A DNA stretch of 64,000 bases. It comes from a virus (Duplodnaviria; Caudoviricetes). Positions 8,939 through 19,580 of the stretch are shown here, piece by piece (position 1 is the first letter of the stretch; each line of letters starts with the position of its first letter). Both the position numbers and the translations under genes were made by a program. The stretch spans positions 1-64,000 of the IMG/VR virus record IMGVR_UViG_3300012007_000015; one strand, given 5' to 3'. The notes below the pieces were generated by a model, which saw only the letters and a list, made by a program, of their open reading frames with translations, searched no databases and was not told where the DNA came from.

Positions 8939-9535
8939 TTAAAGTTTTAGTTTCTTTGTAAACTGGTTTACTTTTGCGAAGCAGTACTTGCCAATCTCCA
9001 CACTCGCCTTGTCGGAGTATTTGAATACCGTGACCGTACTGTCTTCATCCGCATCATCGATGATAACCTTGCTGTCATCGAAGAGATATACACTTGGGCT
9101 GTTGTAGCCGTCAAGTGACAGATGTATCGTGGAGCCGTTACTGACGTATATCCTGCCGCACTTGGTCTTCGGCATCGTAATGTCGCAGTCGCACCACATC
9201 ATCGCAATAACGTCCGACTTAATATCGAACGGCTTGCGGTGGCCCACGTACAATTCGTATGTGTACCCCTTGACACCTTCAACGTCAGAGAACACCCTGT
9301 TTCCGTTGATGAACTCTCCGAAGTTGTTTACGATGTAGTCCTTCGTGACTCCCATCTTAGTATAGCAGGCGTGAGATAGGAACGGGAGCGACTGTTGGCT
9401 TAGCGCAAGCCTTACCAACATTTCCTTGTCGTTCCCACAAGACCTCCATGCAGCTTTGTAGTCGCTGCACAGAGGTTGTCCGCTTATGTTGCCCAAAAGG
9501 GCGTTCTTTTGAAAATCCAATAATTCTTTATCCAT
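8939..9535 (-). CDS. Tail-operon hypothetical protein
   Basis: 198-aa ORF directly after the tape measure gene, with a beta-rich C-terminus. Confidence 0.6.
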   Translation of the reverse strand: MDKELLDFQKNALLGNISGQPLCSDYKAAWRSCGNDKEMLVRLALSQQSLPFLSHACYTKMGVTKDYIVNNFGEFINGNRVFSDVEGVKGYTYELYVGHRKPFDIKSDVIAMMWCDCDITMPKTKCGRIYVSNGSTIHLSLDGYNSPSVYLFDDSKVIIDDADEDSTVTVFKYSDKASVEIGKYCFAKVNQFTKKLKL

Positions 9536-9540
9536 TTCTG

Positions 9541-12500
9541 TTATGAGTTAAGTTCAACGACGAATGCCCGTCCGCTCGGGTTGAGTACCCCAGCAAGTAT
9601 TCCCTGTATGGCCATCTGGACGGCGTAGCTCTGCTGTAGCTGCAGGAGAATCTGGGCCTGTGTAGCAAGCTGCACGTCAGCGTTAAGGCCCACAACGGCA
9701 TCGCGAATCTGTGTAAGCAAGTCACTCTGCAGGTATACCTGCTGGCTTACTCCGTTCATGTATGCTTCCAACGCCCCTGCTGTATCTTCGGTAATCCCCT
9801 GAATGCCTTGCTGTAATGCCGACAATGTTTTGTTAGACTGGTCTTCAAACAAGCCGTATCTCTCCAACAAAGCGTTCAAATCGTCGTCAGACGACTGTAA
9901 TAGCGGTAGTAAATCTTTACCAGACTGAGCAACTAAGTCTAAGTCGTTTATCGTTGGCATCGTGGCCTTGTCGAGAGCCTTCTTAGAATCAGAAACAACC
10001 TTCTCTCCCTCTGCTCTATATGCGTCAATCTCTTCTTGAGTTACAGTGTCAACACCCCAAAGAGCATTTCGGTAATTAAGTTGTGCAATTTGATACCATC
10101 CACGATAAAGTGAAGATTTTTCTGCTTTTTTCTGTGTTTCTTCCATTTCTTTATATCTTTCATCTATTACGTCTTGATGGTTTTTGGCAAGTTCTCTACG
10201 AATTTCATCATCACTTAATTTAGAGCGTTTTGTTTGTTCCTCTACGGCTTTCTCATACGCATTGGCTTCGGTTTTTGAACGTTCAGATATTCTTTTGTTC
10301 ATGTCGTCAACAAGAGCCTCCAACTGTGGGCCGATAACTTTTGTTACCCACAACTGCTTAATCATGTTGGCAATCATTTCTTTCCAACTGCCAGTGAATG
10401 CCTTTTGCGCATCCTCTCCCTTTCTTAATGCACTTATGTAGGCATCCATGAAACTTAATGCGGCATCACCAACACTTGAAATGCCAAGAAGTTCGGTTGT
10501 AATTTCCTGCATAGAACGCTTTATATCGTTTTGCAGGTCTATAATTTGACCTTGAAGTTCAACTATTTTGTCTTCGTCACGGTCTTTACCGTCGCGTGAT
10601 TTTTCAAGTGCAAGTTGCCTGTTTAGTTCTGCAAGTTGCAATTCTTTATTGGCAATGGCTGCTTGCTTTGCACCAATCACATTTGCACCATAGGCATTTT
10701 CAATGGCAAATTCGAGGTTCTTGTATGCAAGTTCAAGTTGCTTTACGGCACGTTCAGAATCCTTGATTTGTTGAAGAATTTCTTTATCTCCATTATCGAA
10801 CCACGTTCCAATAGCACTTGACAGTCCGCTAATAACGCTCATAGCACCTCCAATGTAGTCGCCAGAAGCTATTTGACCAATACCTTTTGCAGCAGTGTTT
10901 ACACCTTGCATAGATGTGGCAATATCGTGTAATGCTTCGGACGTTGCGTCATATTCGTTTGGATTCCCGAACATATCATAGACGTTTCCTATAGTGTCAA
11001 CCAAATCACCGACCTGTCCGATTGCTTCTCCTATATTTTCTATGCCACCAACCCAATCAATAATTCCATCCTCGCCTTTTGTTAATGACTCTTTGATTTT
11101 TTTGAATACGTTGTCCGTTTTTCCGAGTTCCTTGTTGGCGTTCTTTATTTCCTTTCCAAGTCGCTCTTTAGTGACAGATGCACTCTTTCCGTTTACAGGG
11201 TCTATAACTGTGTATGTTCCGCCTGGGTTTTTTCCGCGTTTCTGCGCGTCGACAAGCATATTCTTGTAGTCCCTTGCAAGTTTTCTTGTCATAGCTGCAC
11301 TGTGCTCAGCTACTTCTCCAAAAAGCCTATTGTAAGTTGGTAGTAATTGAAGGATTTCTTCTTTGAGTTTATTTATCGCGTTCTGTTGGTCTTGAATCTG
11401 CAATTCAAGAAGTGCTTTTTGCTTATCATTTGTCTCTTGTGCAAGTCTTTGGCGTAGAACTGCAAGTTTTTCTTCTTCAATAGCAATCTTTGCGTTATTG
11501 TCTGCAAGTTTATATTGCAAGTCTTGCGTTGACTTCAAGGTATCTTGCGCCCACTTCTTTGCAACATTTTGCGCTTCTTTGAATTTAGGTGTAAGTATGT
11601 CAAGAGCATCTGTATTCTTATTAATGACATTGCCGTTTTCGTCAAGCACGTCAACGACAAGACCGACTTGTCTTCCCCACTCTTCCCATTCTTTGTTACC
11701 AGCCTTGAAGATATTGAGAGGTGCGCTAAAGTTTCTATCCTTTCGCATCTTGTCAAATTCTTGTTGTACACGGCTCATGTACTCGTCAATGGTCTTTGGA
11801 AATCCTGTTGTGTCAAGACCGAACATCTTTGTGAACATATCGCCCAATTCGGGATTAGCGTCCAATTCGATAGCCAACTCGTACTCGTCCTTTATCTTTC
11901 CAAGCTCGTTGTTCAAGCCCTTGGTAATCATGTCGAGGTTGTAGGTCTTTGCAGACAGCGTAAACTTATCAACAACAGCCTCAAGTACTTTTGAACGCTC
12001 CAGCGTTAGCATACCTTTGCTTACAAGCGTGTCGAGAGTTTGCTTAAAGTGCGCAAGAGCCTTATTCGGGTCTTTGCCTGTAATTAGTTGCGAAATGTCA
12101 ATCTGTGGTAATCCGTATGACTGCAATTGCGTGTTGAGCAATCGAATTGTCTTACCATACGCACCACGAATAGTGTCGAGCGCATCAGCCTGTGACGCAC
12201 CACTCTTCGACAGTTTGTCGTAGTCGGACTGCAACTTCTCGACAAGGCTTATCTCTTGCTTCAAAGCGTCGAGCAATGGGTCTTTCTTAGAACCTTTGCG
12301 TCCTTTTTCCTTCTCTTCTTGGTAGAGTTTTTCATAATTCCAAGCCTCTTGTGCGGCAGACTTTCTGTCTTTTGCCGCTTGTTCTTCTTGTACGGCAGAC
12401 AAATATCTTGCGTCTGTTTTTCTTTCTTCTAATGAAAGTTCTGCCTCAAGAGACTCCCTTGCGTGTTTAGCTGCTTTTTCTTCCGCGTCTGCCGCTTTTA

Positions 12501-15500
12501 TTTCATCGTTTACACGCTTTGCCCACTTTGCTCGTGTTTCGTCATTCTTTTTATTGAAATCTCCGTACTTTGCGACATACTCAGCACGCTTTGCCTCCCA
12601 TTCCGCATTCTTCTGGTTGTACTCAACCATTTCTTTTTCGTGCTTTTCTTGTGCAGCGGCAAACTTATCGTAGTCTCCTTTGTAGTCACCCCAAAGACTA
12701 CCAACATCTTTCGGTCTTGTTGGTTTTTCTCCAATGTTTGCATCGTAAAAGTGCTTCTCGTAGTCTTTTTGAATTGAGTCGCGAATTTGCTGCTCTCCAG
12801 CTTGCAACAACAGAACCCTAAGAGTTAGAGGATTCTCATCCATCTGTTTTTGCAGTTTAGAGATGAGGTCTTGAGATTCAGCAGGAAGTTCGTCTTTTAA
12901 TTTATCCCAAGCCTTGCTTATTGCGCCAAGGACGTCATCGTCAAGTTCTTTGGACGTGTCAAGAATATCGTCAGACAATCTGCGTAATGCAGCACCAGAG
13001 TCATGCTTTATATGCTCTATGAATTGAGATTGAATAGATGATAGCTCGTTGTAAACTCCACCAAATCTCTCTGCCATCATTCTGTCAACCTCGACATCAA
13101 ACCACTTTTTGACTTCACCCTTTATCTGAGGATTGGCAGCAATAACCTCTTTTTTGACTCGCTCGATAGCTTCCTTTAGTTGAACGGCATCCTTGACTCC
13201 TGCGCCAAGACGGTCTCTTATTATCGTCTCGGCATCGTTGGCGAAAGCGGTCAGTTCATCCATTGCTTCCTTGCGTTCTCCTGCTGCAAAATATCGGCTT
13301 CCTATATTAGCACCGTTTTTGCGCCCTCTTTGCACGGCTTCTATGTAATCTTCCAAGTCTTCTGCGAGTCCTTCACCAAAAGCACCCCACAGCCAACTGT
13401 CTTGGCTTACTTTAAGCGCCTCGCTGTTTAGGCCAGCCATCGCATTTGTCGCTTCTCTTATGCTCTCTGCTACATCAAACCCTTCTTTTACTCTCTTGTT
13501 AATATCCTCTTCCTCAAGGAGCTTTGATATAAACACAGAGGCTGCGTCGCTTGATAATTCTATTTGCTCGCGAATAGACTCCCACGCTTTTTGTCCTTCA
13601 CTAACAGATAGAACGCCTTGTGCGGCTTTTGCTCTATTGCCAATGTTTACGCTATCTTTCAGATAATCACCAATTGCTTCTGACGCTTCTTTTGCGTTGT
13701 CTGCAATAGCTTTGTTCATCTCTGCTGTTTTTTCGGCAATCTGGTTGTAGTACAATAGTGCATCAACAAGAGCCATAGCTGCTGTAATCGTCAAGAATAC
13801 AGGATTTGTAACAATTGACAACATTGCCTTTCCAAGCATTTCCATGCCAACAGCCGCACCTCTCACAACAGAAGCAAGACCAAAGAAGTTGGTTTTCATT
13901 ACCCTTCCGAGCCATCCCATTCTCACTCCAAGAACAGTTGTGCTTGCAGCAGCATTTGCCTCTTCTACAGTCAATAGTTTCATGTTCACCATTGCTGCTC
14001 TCAATGCAACATTTGACCTATTGGTTGATACGAGCCAACGTGCTTCCGCTTTGCTTAGATTTGATTTTGACAATGCGTTTTCGTACATGGCAGCAGTATT
14101 ACCCTCTATTGCTGAAATGTTTTTTATTGCAGCAAGAGTGCCTTTCCCAAACGACATGTTGAGAAGTAGTTGCGCTGCCTTTGCTGTGCCAATGGTTACT
14201 GCAAGGTTGGTTAGTATTCTATCGAGGTCTTTCCAATGTAAGAATAATTCCTTTAATGCTCCTATTCCGCCTGTAAGAAGTCCTTGCTGCGAATTACCTA
14301 AATCGTTCAGCATGTTATTCCATGCCAAAGTGAGGTTTGCAAGTTGAACCTTGAGAGTGTCTGCCATTTTAGCTTGGAAGTCGTAGAACTTGCCACCTTC
14401 GTCAGTCATCTCGTTCATTACTTGCATTACGTCGTTGTAATCAATAGCCTTTTTCTTGATTCTGTCATAAACGTCTGCCGTTGATACAAGGCGACCCTCA
14501 AGCGTCGTATAGTGGTCTGCAAGTTCTTTTACAAGCGGAATGCCTGCATTCGCAAACATACGGGCATCGCGGCTATTCAAGTAGCCGTAAGCCTTAATCT
14601 GCCCAAGTGCATAGGTTAGTCGCTCGACAGGAACACCGACTGCCGAAGCCATATCTGCTAAACGTCTTGTAGTGTCAACAACATCTTTTGCTGCAACATC
14701 GTATGCCGTAAGCTGTTTTGCGGCACTTGAAAGTTCGATTAGCGTATATGGAGATACCAATGCCATATCAGAAAGCTCTCTAAATATCTGAGTACCACGT
14801 TCAGCAGAGTCTACAAGAATACCAAGAGCGCGTTCGTTCATCTCGTACTGGGAGCGAACTTCGATAAGATTCTTTATAAATTGCGTAGATGCGCCAACAG
14901 TAAAGTAGAAAGCCAGACGGTTCTTCATGTAGTTCCAAGAGCGACCAAGGGCTGTGTTAGAAGAAATCATCTGAGAGTTTTTCTGCATTACCTCATCCAT
15001 CTTCTTTTTAAGTACGTCGTACTCGTAATTAACTCTACGTATCTCATTGTGTTGCGCATTTGTATCAAGTCCACTACGGTAAGAAGAAAGACGCTGCATC
15101 TTGTAAGCAATATCATCAAGCGTTTTTTCGTCAAGTCCCATAACAGACTTCAAACTTGTTGGTCTTGTCTGTGTTGCCTGTAGTTTTTGCAAAGCACGCT
15201 GTACTCTCTGTATTTCATCTGCAATAGCAGTCCCATCACCTTTTGCTATGCGAGACGCACTCAGTTTACTGTATGCTGATTGCAACATTTTTAACTCTTT
15301 TGAAAGCTGCTCACTTGAGGCTTTTTCTGCATCAAAAAGACGAACATTTTCAGATTGAACGCCAAGGACACTTGATATTGATTGACGTAAAGATGAAAAT
15401 TGGTCTGTTGCGGCAGATGTTTGCTTTTTTGATATTTGCTGGGCAATGCTTTGTAACAATTCTGTTCTTTGACGCTGCAATTCAGAAATTGACTTAGAAA

Positions 15501-16557
15501 TACCAAGACCTTGTTCGCTTTTCTTGGCCTCTTCGTTCATTAAAGCATAAGAAGTTTTAAGTTTTTGCAGCTGCTCTTCAATAGTTTGGTATTGCTTTAC
15601 TTGTTCATTTGTAACGTCTTGTGTGTATTTTACACCAAAACCAGAAAGACTCATCTGTAAGTCCGTCTTGTAAGAAACAGACTTAATTGTGTTTGCTGCT
15701 TCTTTTGTTGCCTGCGCTTGCTGTCTCTTTGCTTTGGCAGCAGCAAGTGCTTCTTGAGCCTCTTTTTGTTGTGCTTGAACAATCTGTTCTTCAAGTGACA
15801 AAAGAAGTTGCTTATCCCTCTTTGAGACATTTGCACGCTCCTTGTCGTAGTAGTTTACATCGCCAAATAAGACATGACCTTTTTCCTGCCACTCCTTTGT
15901 AGCTCTGATAGCGGCGGCTTGCTTGCGAATTTCCTCTGTGTAGCGTTGAGCTGTTTGTATCTGTTGCTCGGTTGCCTTTGTTGTTTGCAGAACAGATATT
16001 GCTACCTGTTTCTGCTCAGAGTTGGCTACAGAAACCCCTTGTGTGATTTCTCTAATTTTTGCTCTTATTGCATCTGCCTGTTGGTCATAAGGCATTGCGA
16101 ACAAAGAACCAAAATTTTTTGCCGCTTTTGCTTTTTCTGATTCGATAAACTGTAGTTGAGCACGCAGATTATTGAGGATTTCAATACTGTTTCTTGACAT
16201 GGATTGCGACTGCACTGCTACCTGCTGCGCCTTTGCGAAATTATCAAAGGATGTTGCAACTTCTTGGTTCTTTTTAACCTGTTTGTCTTGTGCAGCAACA
16301 GTCCTTTCAATAGCCTCCGTCACCTTGTCTTGCTCCTTTGTACGTTTTGACGCACCGCTATCTGAAGATTCATTGGTGTCAAACTTCGTCTTGCCGATTT
16401 TCTGGAGCTCGTTCTGTATTGATTGGACGGTACTCTGGGTCTTTGCGACCATACCCTCTAACGATTTGTTAAAGTGCTCAACCATCTGGTTAACAGAGTC
16501 CTTTAGCTGTTGGTCATCCAGTTTCGCTGTGACTATTGTGGGTGAAGTGTTGGACAT
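9541..16557 (-). CDS. Tail tape measure protein (2338 aa)
   Basis: Very long Ala/Gln/Lys-rich helical ORF after the chaperones. Contains the tape-measure motif SPYTLIELSSAAKQLTAY...LGQIKAYGYLNSRDARMFANAGIPLVKELA. Confidence 0.93.
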   Translation of the reverse strand: MSNTSPTIVTAKLDDQQLKDSVNQMVEHFNKSLEGMVAKTQSTVQSIQNELQKIGKTKFDTNESSDSGASKRTKEQDKVTEAIERTVAAQDKQVKKNQEVATSFDNFAKAQQVAVQSQSMSRNSIEILNNLRAQLQFIESEKAKAAKNFGSLFAMPYDQQADAIRAKIREITQGVSVANSEQKQVAISVLQTTKATEQQIQTAQRYTEEIRKQAAAIRATKEWQEKGHVLFGDVNYYDKERANVSKRDKQLLLSLEEQIVQAQQKEAQEALAAAKAKRQQAQATKEAANTIKSVSYKTDLQMSLSGFGVKYTQDVTNEQVKQYQTIEEQLQKLKTSYALMNEEAKKSEQGLGISKSISELQRQRTELLQSIAQQISKKQTSAATDQFSSLRQSISSVLGVQSENVRLFDAEKASSEQLSKELKMLQSAYSKLSASRIAKGDGTAIADEIQRVQRALQKLQATQTRPTSLKSVMGLDEKTLDDIAYKMQRLSSYRSGLDTNAQHNEIRRVNYEYDVLKKKMDEVMQKNSQMISSNTALGRSWNYMKNRLAFYFTVGASTQFIKNLIEVRSQYEMNERALGILVDSAERGTQIFRELSDMALVSPYTLIELSSAAKQLTAYDVAAKDVVDTTRRLADMASAVGVPVERLTYALGQIKAYGYLNSRDARMFANAGIPLVKELADHYTTLEGRLVSTADVYDRIKKKAIDYNDVMQVMNEMTDEGGKFYDFQAKMADTLKVQLANLTLAWNNMLNDLGNSQQGLLTGGIGALKELFLHWKDLDRILTNLAVTIGTAKAAQLLLNMSFGKGTLAAIKNISAIEGNTAAMYENALSKSNLSKAEARWLVSTNRSNVALRAAMVNMKLLTVEEANAAASTTVLGVRMGWLGRVMKTNFFGLASVVRGAAVGMEMLGKAMLSIVTNPVFLTITAAMALVDALLYYNQIAEKTAEMNKAIADNAKEASEAIGDYLKDSVNIGNRAKAAQGVLSVSEGQKAWESIREQIELSSDAASVFISKLLEEEDINKRVKEGFDVAESIREATNAMAGLNSEALKVSQDSWLWGAFGEGLAEDLEDYIEAVQRGRKNGANIGSRYFAAGERKEAMDELTAFANDAETIIRDRLGAGVKDAVQLKEAIERVKKEVIAANPQIKGEVKKWFDVEVDRMMAERFGGVYNELSSIQSQFIEHIKHDSGAALRRLSDDILDTSKELDDDVLGAISKAWDKLKDELPAESQDLISKLQKQMDENPLTLRVLLLQAGEQQIRDSIQKDYEKHFYDANIGEKPTRPKDVGSLWGDYKGDYDKFAAAQEKHEKEMVEYNQKNAEWEAKRAEYVAKYGDFNKKNDETRAKWAKRVNDEIKAADAEEKAAKHARESLEAELSLEERKTDARYLSAVQEEQAAKDRKSAAQEAWNYEKLYQEEKEKGRKGSKKDPLLDALKQEISLVEKLQSDYDKLSKSGASQADALDTIRGAYGKTIRLLNTQLQSYGLPQIDISQLITGKDPNKALAHFKQTLDTLVSKGMLTLERSKVLEAVVDKFTLSAKTYNLDMITKGLNNELGKIKDEYELAIELDANPELGDMFTKMFGLDTTGFPKTIDEYMSRVQQEFDKMRKDRNFSAPLNIFKAGNKEWEEWGRQVGLVVDVLDENGNVINKNTDALDILTPKFKEAQNVAKKWAQDTLKSTQDLQYKLADNNAKIAIEEEKLAVLRQRLAQETNDKQKALLELQIQDQQNAINKLKEEILQLLPTYNRLFGEVAEHSAAMTRKLARDYKNMLVDAQKRGKNPGGTYTVIDPVNGKSASVTKERLGKEIKNANKELGKTDNVFKKIKESLTKGEDGIIDWVGGIENIGEAIGQVGDLVDTIGNVYDMFGNPNEYDATSEALHDIATSMQGVNTAAKGIGQIASGDYIGGAMSVISGLSSAIGTWFDNGDKEILQQIKDSERAVKQLELAYKNLEFAIENAYGANVIGAKQAAIANKELQLAELNRQLALEKSRDGKDRDEDKIVELQGQIIDLQNDIKRSMQEITTELLGISSVGDAALSFMDAYISALRKGEDAQKAFTGSWKEMIANMIKQLWVTKVIGPQLEALVDDMNKRISERSKTEANAYEKAVEEQTKRSKLSDDEIRRELAKNHQDVIDERYKEMEETQKKAEKSSLYRGWYQIAQLNYRNALWGVDTVTQEEIDAYRAEGEKVVSDSKKALDKATMPTINDLDLVAQSGKDLLPLLQSSDDDLNALLERYGLFEDQSNKTLSALQQGIQGITEDTAGALEAYMNGVSQQVYLQSDLLTQIRDAVVGLNADVQLATQAQILLQLQQSYAVQMAIQGILAGVLNPSGRAFVVELNS

Positions 16558-16575
16558 AATATATTGTGATTTTTG

Positions 16576-16962
16576 TTATTTCTTCTGTTGTTTCTGCTCT
16601 TTGTGGACGGGGATTTCTATTTCCTCTCCAGCTTTGAGCTCCATGGGCGCGCCGAGTCCAGACATGAAGTTTTCGAGCTTCTGTTGTGCCTCGTACGCCG
16701 ATTTGAAGTCATTCCAAGCCTTCTTGTCGGCACCCTTGAGGTACTTTGTGTGCGTATTGTCTACCGACATGAACTGTATCTGGGCGATACTGAGACCGTA
16801 GAGATAATCGTCTAATCGGTATTGTGTGAAGGCTCGGAGGAAGTCTGCGGCATCCGCAATGACTGTGCTTCCGTAAACAGTGATGCTGTCTCCTCCGATT
16901 TCCTCTTCCGAGTCAGAAGTGAATCCGTAAGCGTACTCACCGATTTTCTGAGTAAAAAAAAA
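16576..16962 (-). CDS. Tail assembly chaperone T part (reached by -1 frameshift)
   Basis: The -1 frame stays open from the T9 run (16954-16962) to 16576 and lies directly upstream of the tape measure gene. Confidence 0.75.
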   Translation of the reverse strand, partial: FFFTQKIGEYAYGFTSDSEEEIGGDSITVYGSTVIADAADFLRAFTQYRLDDYLYGLSIAQIQFMSVDNTHTKYLKGADKKAWNDFKSAYEAQQKLENFMSGLGAPMELKAGEEIEIPVHKEQKQQKK

Positions 16963-17429
16963 CCAGACAAGTCGATGGACTTTATTGCACCGAGAATGAT
17001 AGCCGCCCACTGGTTTGTGTCGAATGTGGAGTTCATTACCTTTGCCTTCATGACAGATACGAGCTTGTCGTTCCTCGACATTACTTCGTCAACATCTTCA
17101 TAAGTCTTAATGCCCTCTGGAGTAAACAGGTGGTTGCAAAGGATGATGGCCATAATCTCGCACATGGCATCGAGGTCTGTGCAAAGGGCCGTTATTACCT
17201 TGTTGTCATCATCGAGTGAGCTGTCTGTGGCACGCATATCCATGACGAGCCTGCAGATGCGGAACAGCGAATAGTAGCGCATATTCTTAACCCTGTATTC
17301 CTTGTCTCCAAGAAACACCAGAGACGGGCTGTCGTTGATAATATCCACAATGTCACGCTTGACATCTATCGGGAAATCCTTCATTCCCTCCTCTTCGTCC
17401 TTTTTCTTATTGTCTGTATCTTTCTTCAT
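16812..17429 (-). CDS. Tail assembly chaperone G
   Basis: Lies between the tail tube and tape measure genes and contains a slippery site. Start reassigned to MKKDTD. Confidence 0.75.
   Translation of the reverse strand: MKKDTDNKKKDEEEGMKDFPIDVKRDIVDIINDSPSLVFLGDKEYRVKNMRYYSLFRICRLVMDMRATDSSLDDDNKVITALCTDLDAMCEIMAIILCNHLFTPEGIKTYEDVDEVMSRNDKLVSVMKAKVMNSTFDTNQWAAIILGAIKSIDLSGFFLLRKSVSTLTDSLLTRKRKSEETASLFTEAQSLRMPQTSSEPSHNTD
16954..16962 (-). promoter_or_regulatory. Programmed -1 ribosomal frameshift site
   Basis: Minus strand TCT GGT TTT TTT TTA (SGFFL) versus -1 frame TGG TTT TTT TTT ACT (WFFFT); contains the heptamer U-UUU-UUA. Confidence 0.75.
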
Positions 17430-17474
17430 AACTCTTGTTCTTCTGATTGGAATCGGTTTCTTCTTTAATCTAAA

Positions 17475-17546
17475 TGGGGATGCGTCGGCGGGCGTATGAT
17501 AACCCAACAACGCACCCCCACGTTACGGCAGTCTTGTACGAGACTG
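17475..17546 (-). terminator. Two stem-loops between tail tube and chaperone (attenuator or mRNA-stabilising hairpins)
   Basis: Minus strand CAGTCT/AGACTG stem, then TGGGGGTGCGT...ACGCATCCCCA stem, with only a short U tail. Confidence 0.45.
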
Positions 17547-18056
17547 TTAGCTTGCAGCGCGTCCTACCAGCTTGTACATGTGGTCGACAGCCTCGGCACC
17601 AGTGCCAGTGGTATGAACCAGAGCAGTGATGGTCACGCTGTAGTTCAGAGCACCGTCGGCATCCTTCTTCAAGGTACCGATGGTCAGACCACGGTAGATG
17701 TACAGGGCTGCATGGCCACGACCGAAGTCAAGCTGCCAAGAGTGCTCACTGGTGTAAGCGCTGGCTGCGCCCTCATAGCTCTCGGGGGTCTGGCCAGAAG
17801 CGGCGGTATAGGTGCCACCGAACAGGTCAGGCAGCTCTGACAGCTCATAGTTGGCCAGCTCGAACGTCATGGTTACGGGGTTGCCATCATAGAAGATGTC
17901 AAAGGGGCTGTCATAGAACTCGGCCTCAATCTCGGTAGCCTCGGGCTCGTCCTGACCGATAGTCAGACCCTTCAAGACACCCATGAGCTTGGTGGAAGCA
18001 GCAGCACCAACGTTTCCATACATAAGGCTAATTGCCTTTACAGTTGTCTTTCCCAT
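17547..18056 (-). CDS. Major tail tube protein (copy A)
   Basis: Canonical position after the tail terminator and before the chaperones; 169 aa, beta-rich and acidic. Confidence 0.8.
   Translation of the reverse strand: MGKTTVKAISLMYGNVGAAASTKLMGVLKGLTIGQDEPEATEIEAEFYDSPFDIFYDGNPVTMTFELANYELSELPDLFGGTYTAASGQTPESYEGAASAYTSEHSWQLDFGRGHAALYIYRGLTIGTLKKDADGALNYSVTITALVHTTGTGAEAVDHMYKLVGRAAS
17859..17960 (-). repeat. 102-bp perfect inverted repeat, arm 1 (partner at 28157-28258)
   Basis: Base-by-base comparison: ATCGGTCAGGACGAG...ATGACGTTCGAG is identical in both tube genes. Confidence 0.95.
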
Positions 18057-18092
18057 AGTTTTTTCCTTTCTATTGATTAATTGATAAATGAA

Positions 18093-18530
18093 TTATTGAT
18101 TGCCGTCTACTATAACGACGAACGATTTAACGAACATGTAGTACGCATTGTTGGCGTTTTCTTCCTCGCCAAGGTCTGCAGAGATGAAGCTGTCTGGTTG
18201 AATCCAGTACGTTCCAGTATTGTCAGACTCGCTTGCAGTCTTGATGGCCGCATTGATGTCGTTCTCGAACTTCTCGTACTTCTCAACGTCGAGACGTCCT
18301 CTCGTGATGGGAGGAACATAGCATTGAACGTATACGCGCGCCATGCCATAGGCCTCATCTTGAAACTCGCTCGCATCGACAAAGTCACCAACAACGATGA
18401 CTATGAAGCCGTCCTCTGCGTCGGACTGCAGAAGCTCCTGCGGCTCGTTCATCAGATATACGTTTTCGGTTACACTCTCAAGTATCTCCTCGACGTACTT
18501 GTATATGCCTATTCTCGATTCGTTGACCAT
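18093..18530 (-). CDS. Tail terminator / completion protein
   Basis: Acidic 145-aa ORF directly upstream of the tail tube gene; called from synteny. Confidence 0.6.
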   Translation of the reverse strand: MVNESRIGIYKYVEEILESVTENVYLMNEPQELLQSDAEDGFIVIVVGDFVDASEFQDEAYGMARVYVQCYVPPITRGRLDVEKYEKFENDINAAIKTASESDNTGTYWIQPDSFISADLGEEENANNAYYMFVKSFVVIVDGNQ

Positions 18531-18533
18531 AAA

Positions 18534-19238
18534 CTATCTTTCTCTACCGATAACTGGTATTCCTTTTCTATTCTTGAACTTCCTCTTCCACTTATTGCTG
18601 GTATAGATGTACTTCGGAACATAGACCGTCAGTCGGCTCTCTTTAGGCTTCAGCGCAACTCTTACATCGTCGTATATATGCGACATGACTTGGAACTGTC
18701 TGAATCCTGCATTGAAACTCGGAGTTACAATGTTGCCAGCTTTGTTCCCTCTTGCGCCCATGGTGTATTTGCCTCCACCGCCTTTCATGGTGAATCCGCT
18801 CTCCCAGTAGCCCCAATAGGGTGCGAGAATAGCGAAGAACACTACCCATCCGTGGTACTCGGTCTTATAGGAAGCCAGAAACTTACTTGCCATCTCGTGA
18901 CCATCAACGTTCTCCATGTCGTTTGAAAAGAACTCATGGAGCCATGACTGTGAGCTGCCACCCATACCTTTGTCATGATACACTGGTTCCCTATAATATC
19001 CGTATGCTTTGCGCTTTCCGTTGTAGAAAACACCCCAGCAGAGGGAGTTTAGAAGATTTCCAGTCCTATCCATGTGATTCCTACTGTTGTAGGTCTGAAT
19101 AATATCTCCAAGAACCTTTATCTCCTTCTCGGCATATTCGATAAGACGCTGCGTCTGCAGTTCAATGGAGTTGTCTTCCACCTCCTTGCGGAAAGCGGCA
19201 GGGTTCCAACCGATGAGCATTGTCTTACCTATAGCCAT
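18534..19238 (-). CDS. Neck / tail-completion protein
   Basis: Position in the head-tail connector block; contains DRTGNLLNSL, similar to the RTGNL motif of HK97 gp10-like proteins. Confidence 0.55.
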   Translation of the reverse strand: MAIGKTMLIGWNPAAFRKEVEDNSIELQTQRLIEYAEKEIKVLGDIIQTYNSRNHMDRTGNLLNSLCWGVFYNGKRKAYGYYREPVYHDKGMGGSSQSWLHEFFSNDMENVDGHEMASKFLASYKTEYHGWVVFFAILAPYWGYWESGFTMKGGGGKYTMGARGNKAGNIVTPSFNAGFRQFQVMSHIYDDVRVALKPKESRLTVYVPKYIYTSNKWKRKFKNRKGIPVIGRER

Positions 19239-19240
19239 AG

Positions 19241-19576
19241 TTACCAGCTGTTACGTGATGCGTAGATGCTTACGCCGCCGAGTTGTGACGGCTCCGCATT
19301 GTCGACCGTGAGCTTGAAGGTCTCACCGTAGCGGGTAATGGTAATCTTGTCTCCCTTGCGGGGTACAATCCACTCGTTATCGGTGTTCTTTACGAGGGGG
19401 ATGCTGATGATGTATGAGGATGTCTGCAGGGTCTTGCCCTCTTCGTCCGTCACCATGTGCTCGTCCATCACGCCCTCGTAAAGCAAGACCTCTGAGTCCT
19501 GCTTACTCCCTTTGCCTTGTATCACACGCATTATGGTGCCTGTGTAGGGGTATTCGAGTATCTCTTCTCGCTCCAT
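19241..19576 (-). CDS. Head-closure (stopper) protein
   Basis: 111-aa beta-rich ORF in the connector block; called from synteny. Confidence 0.55.
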   Translation of the reverse strand: MEREEILEYPYTGTIMRVIQGKGSKQDSEVLLYEGVMDEHMVTDEEGKTLQTSSYIISIPLVKNTDNEWIVPRKGDKITITRYGETFKLTVDNAEPSQLGGVSIYASRNSW

Positions 19577-19580
19577 GGAA

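Noticed and set aside
18081-18926. 281-aa plus-strand ORF
   Set aside because: Antisense to the connector genes, with no recognisable features.
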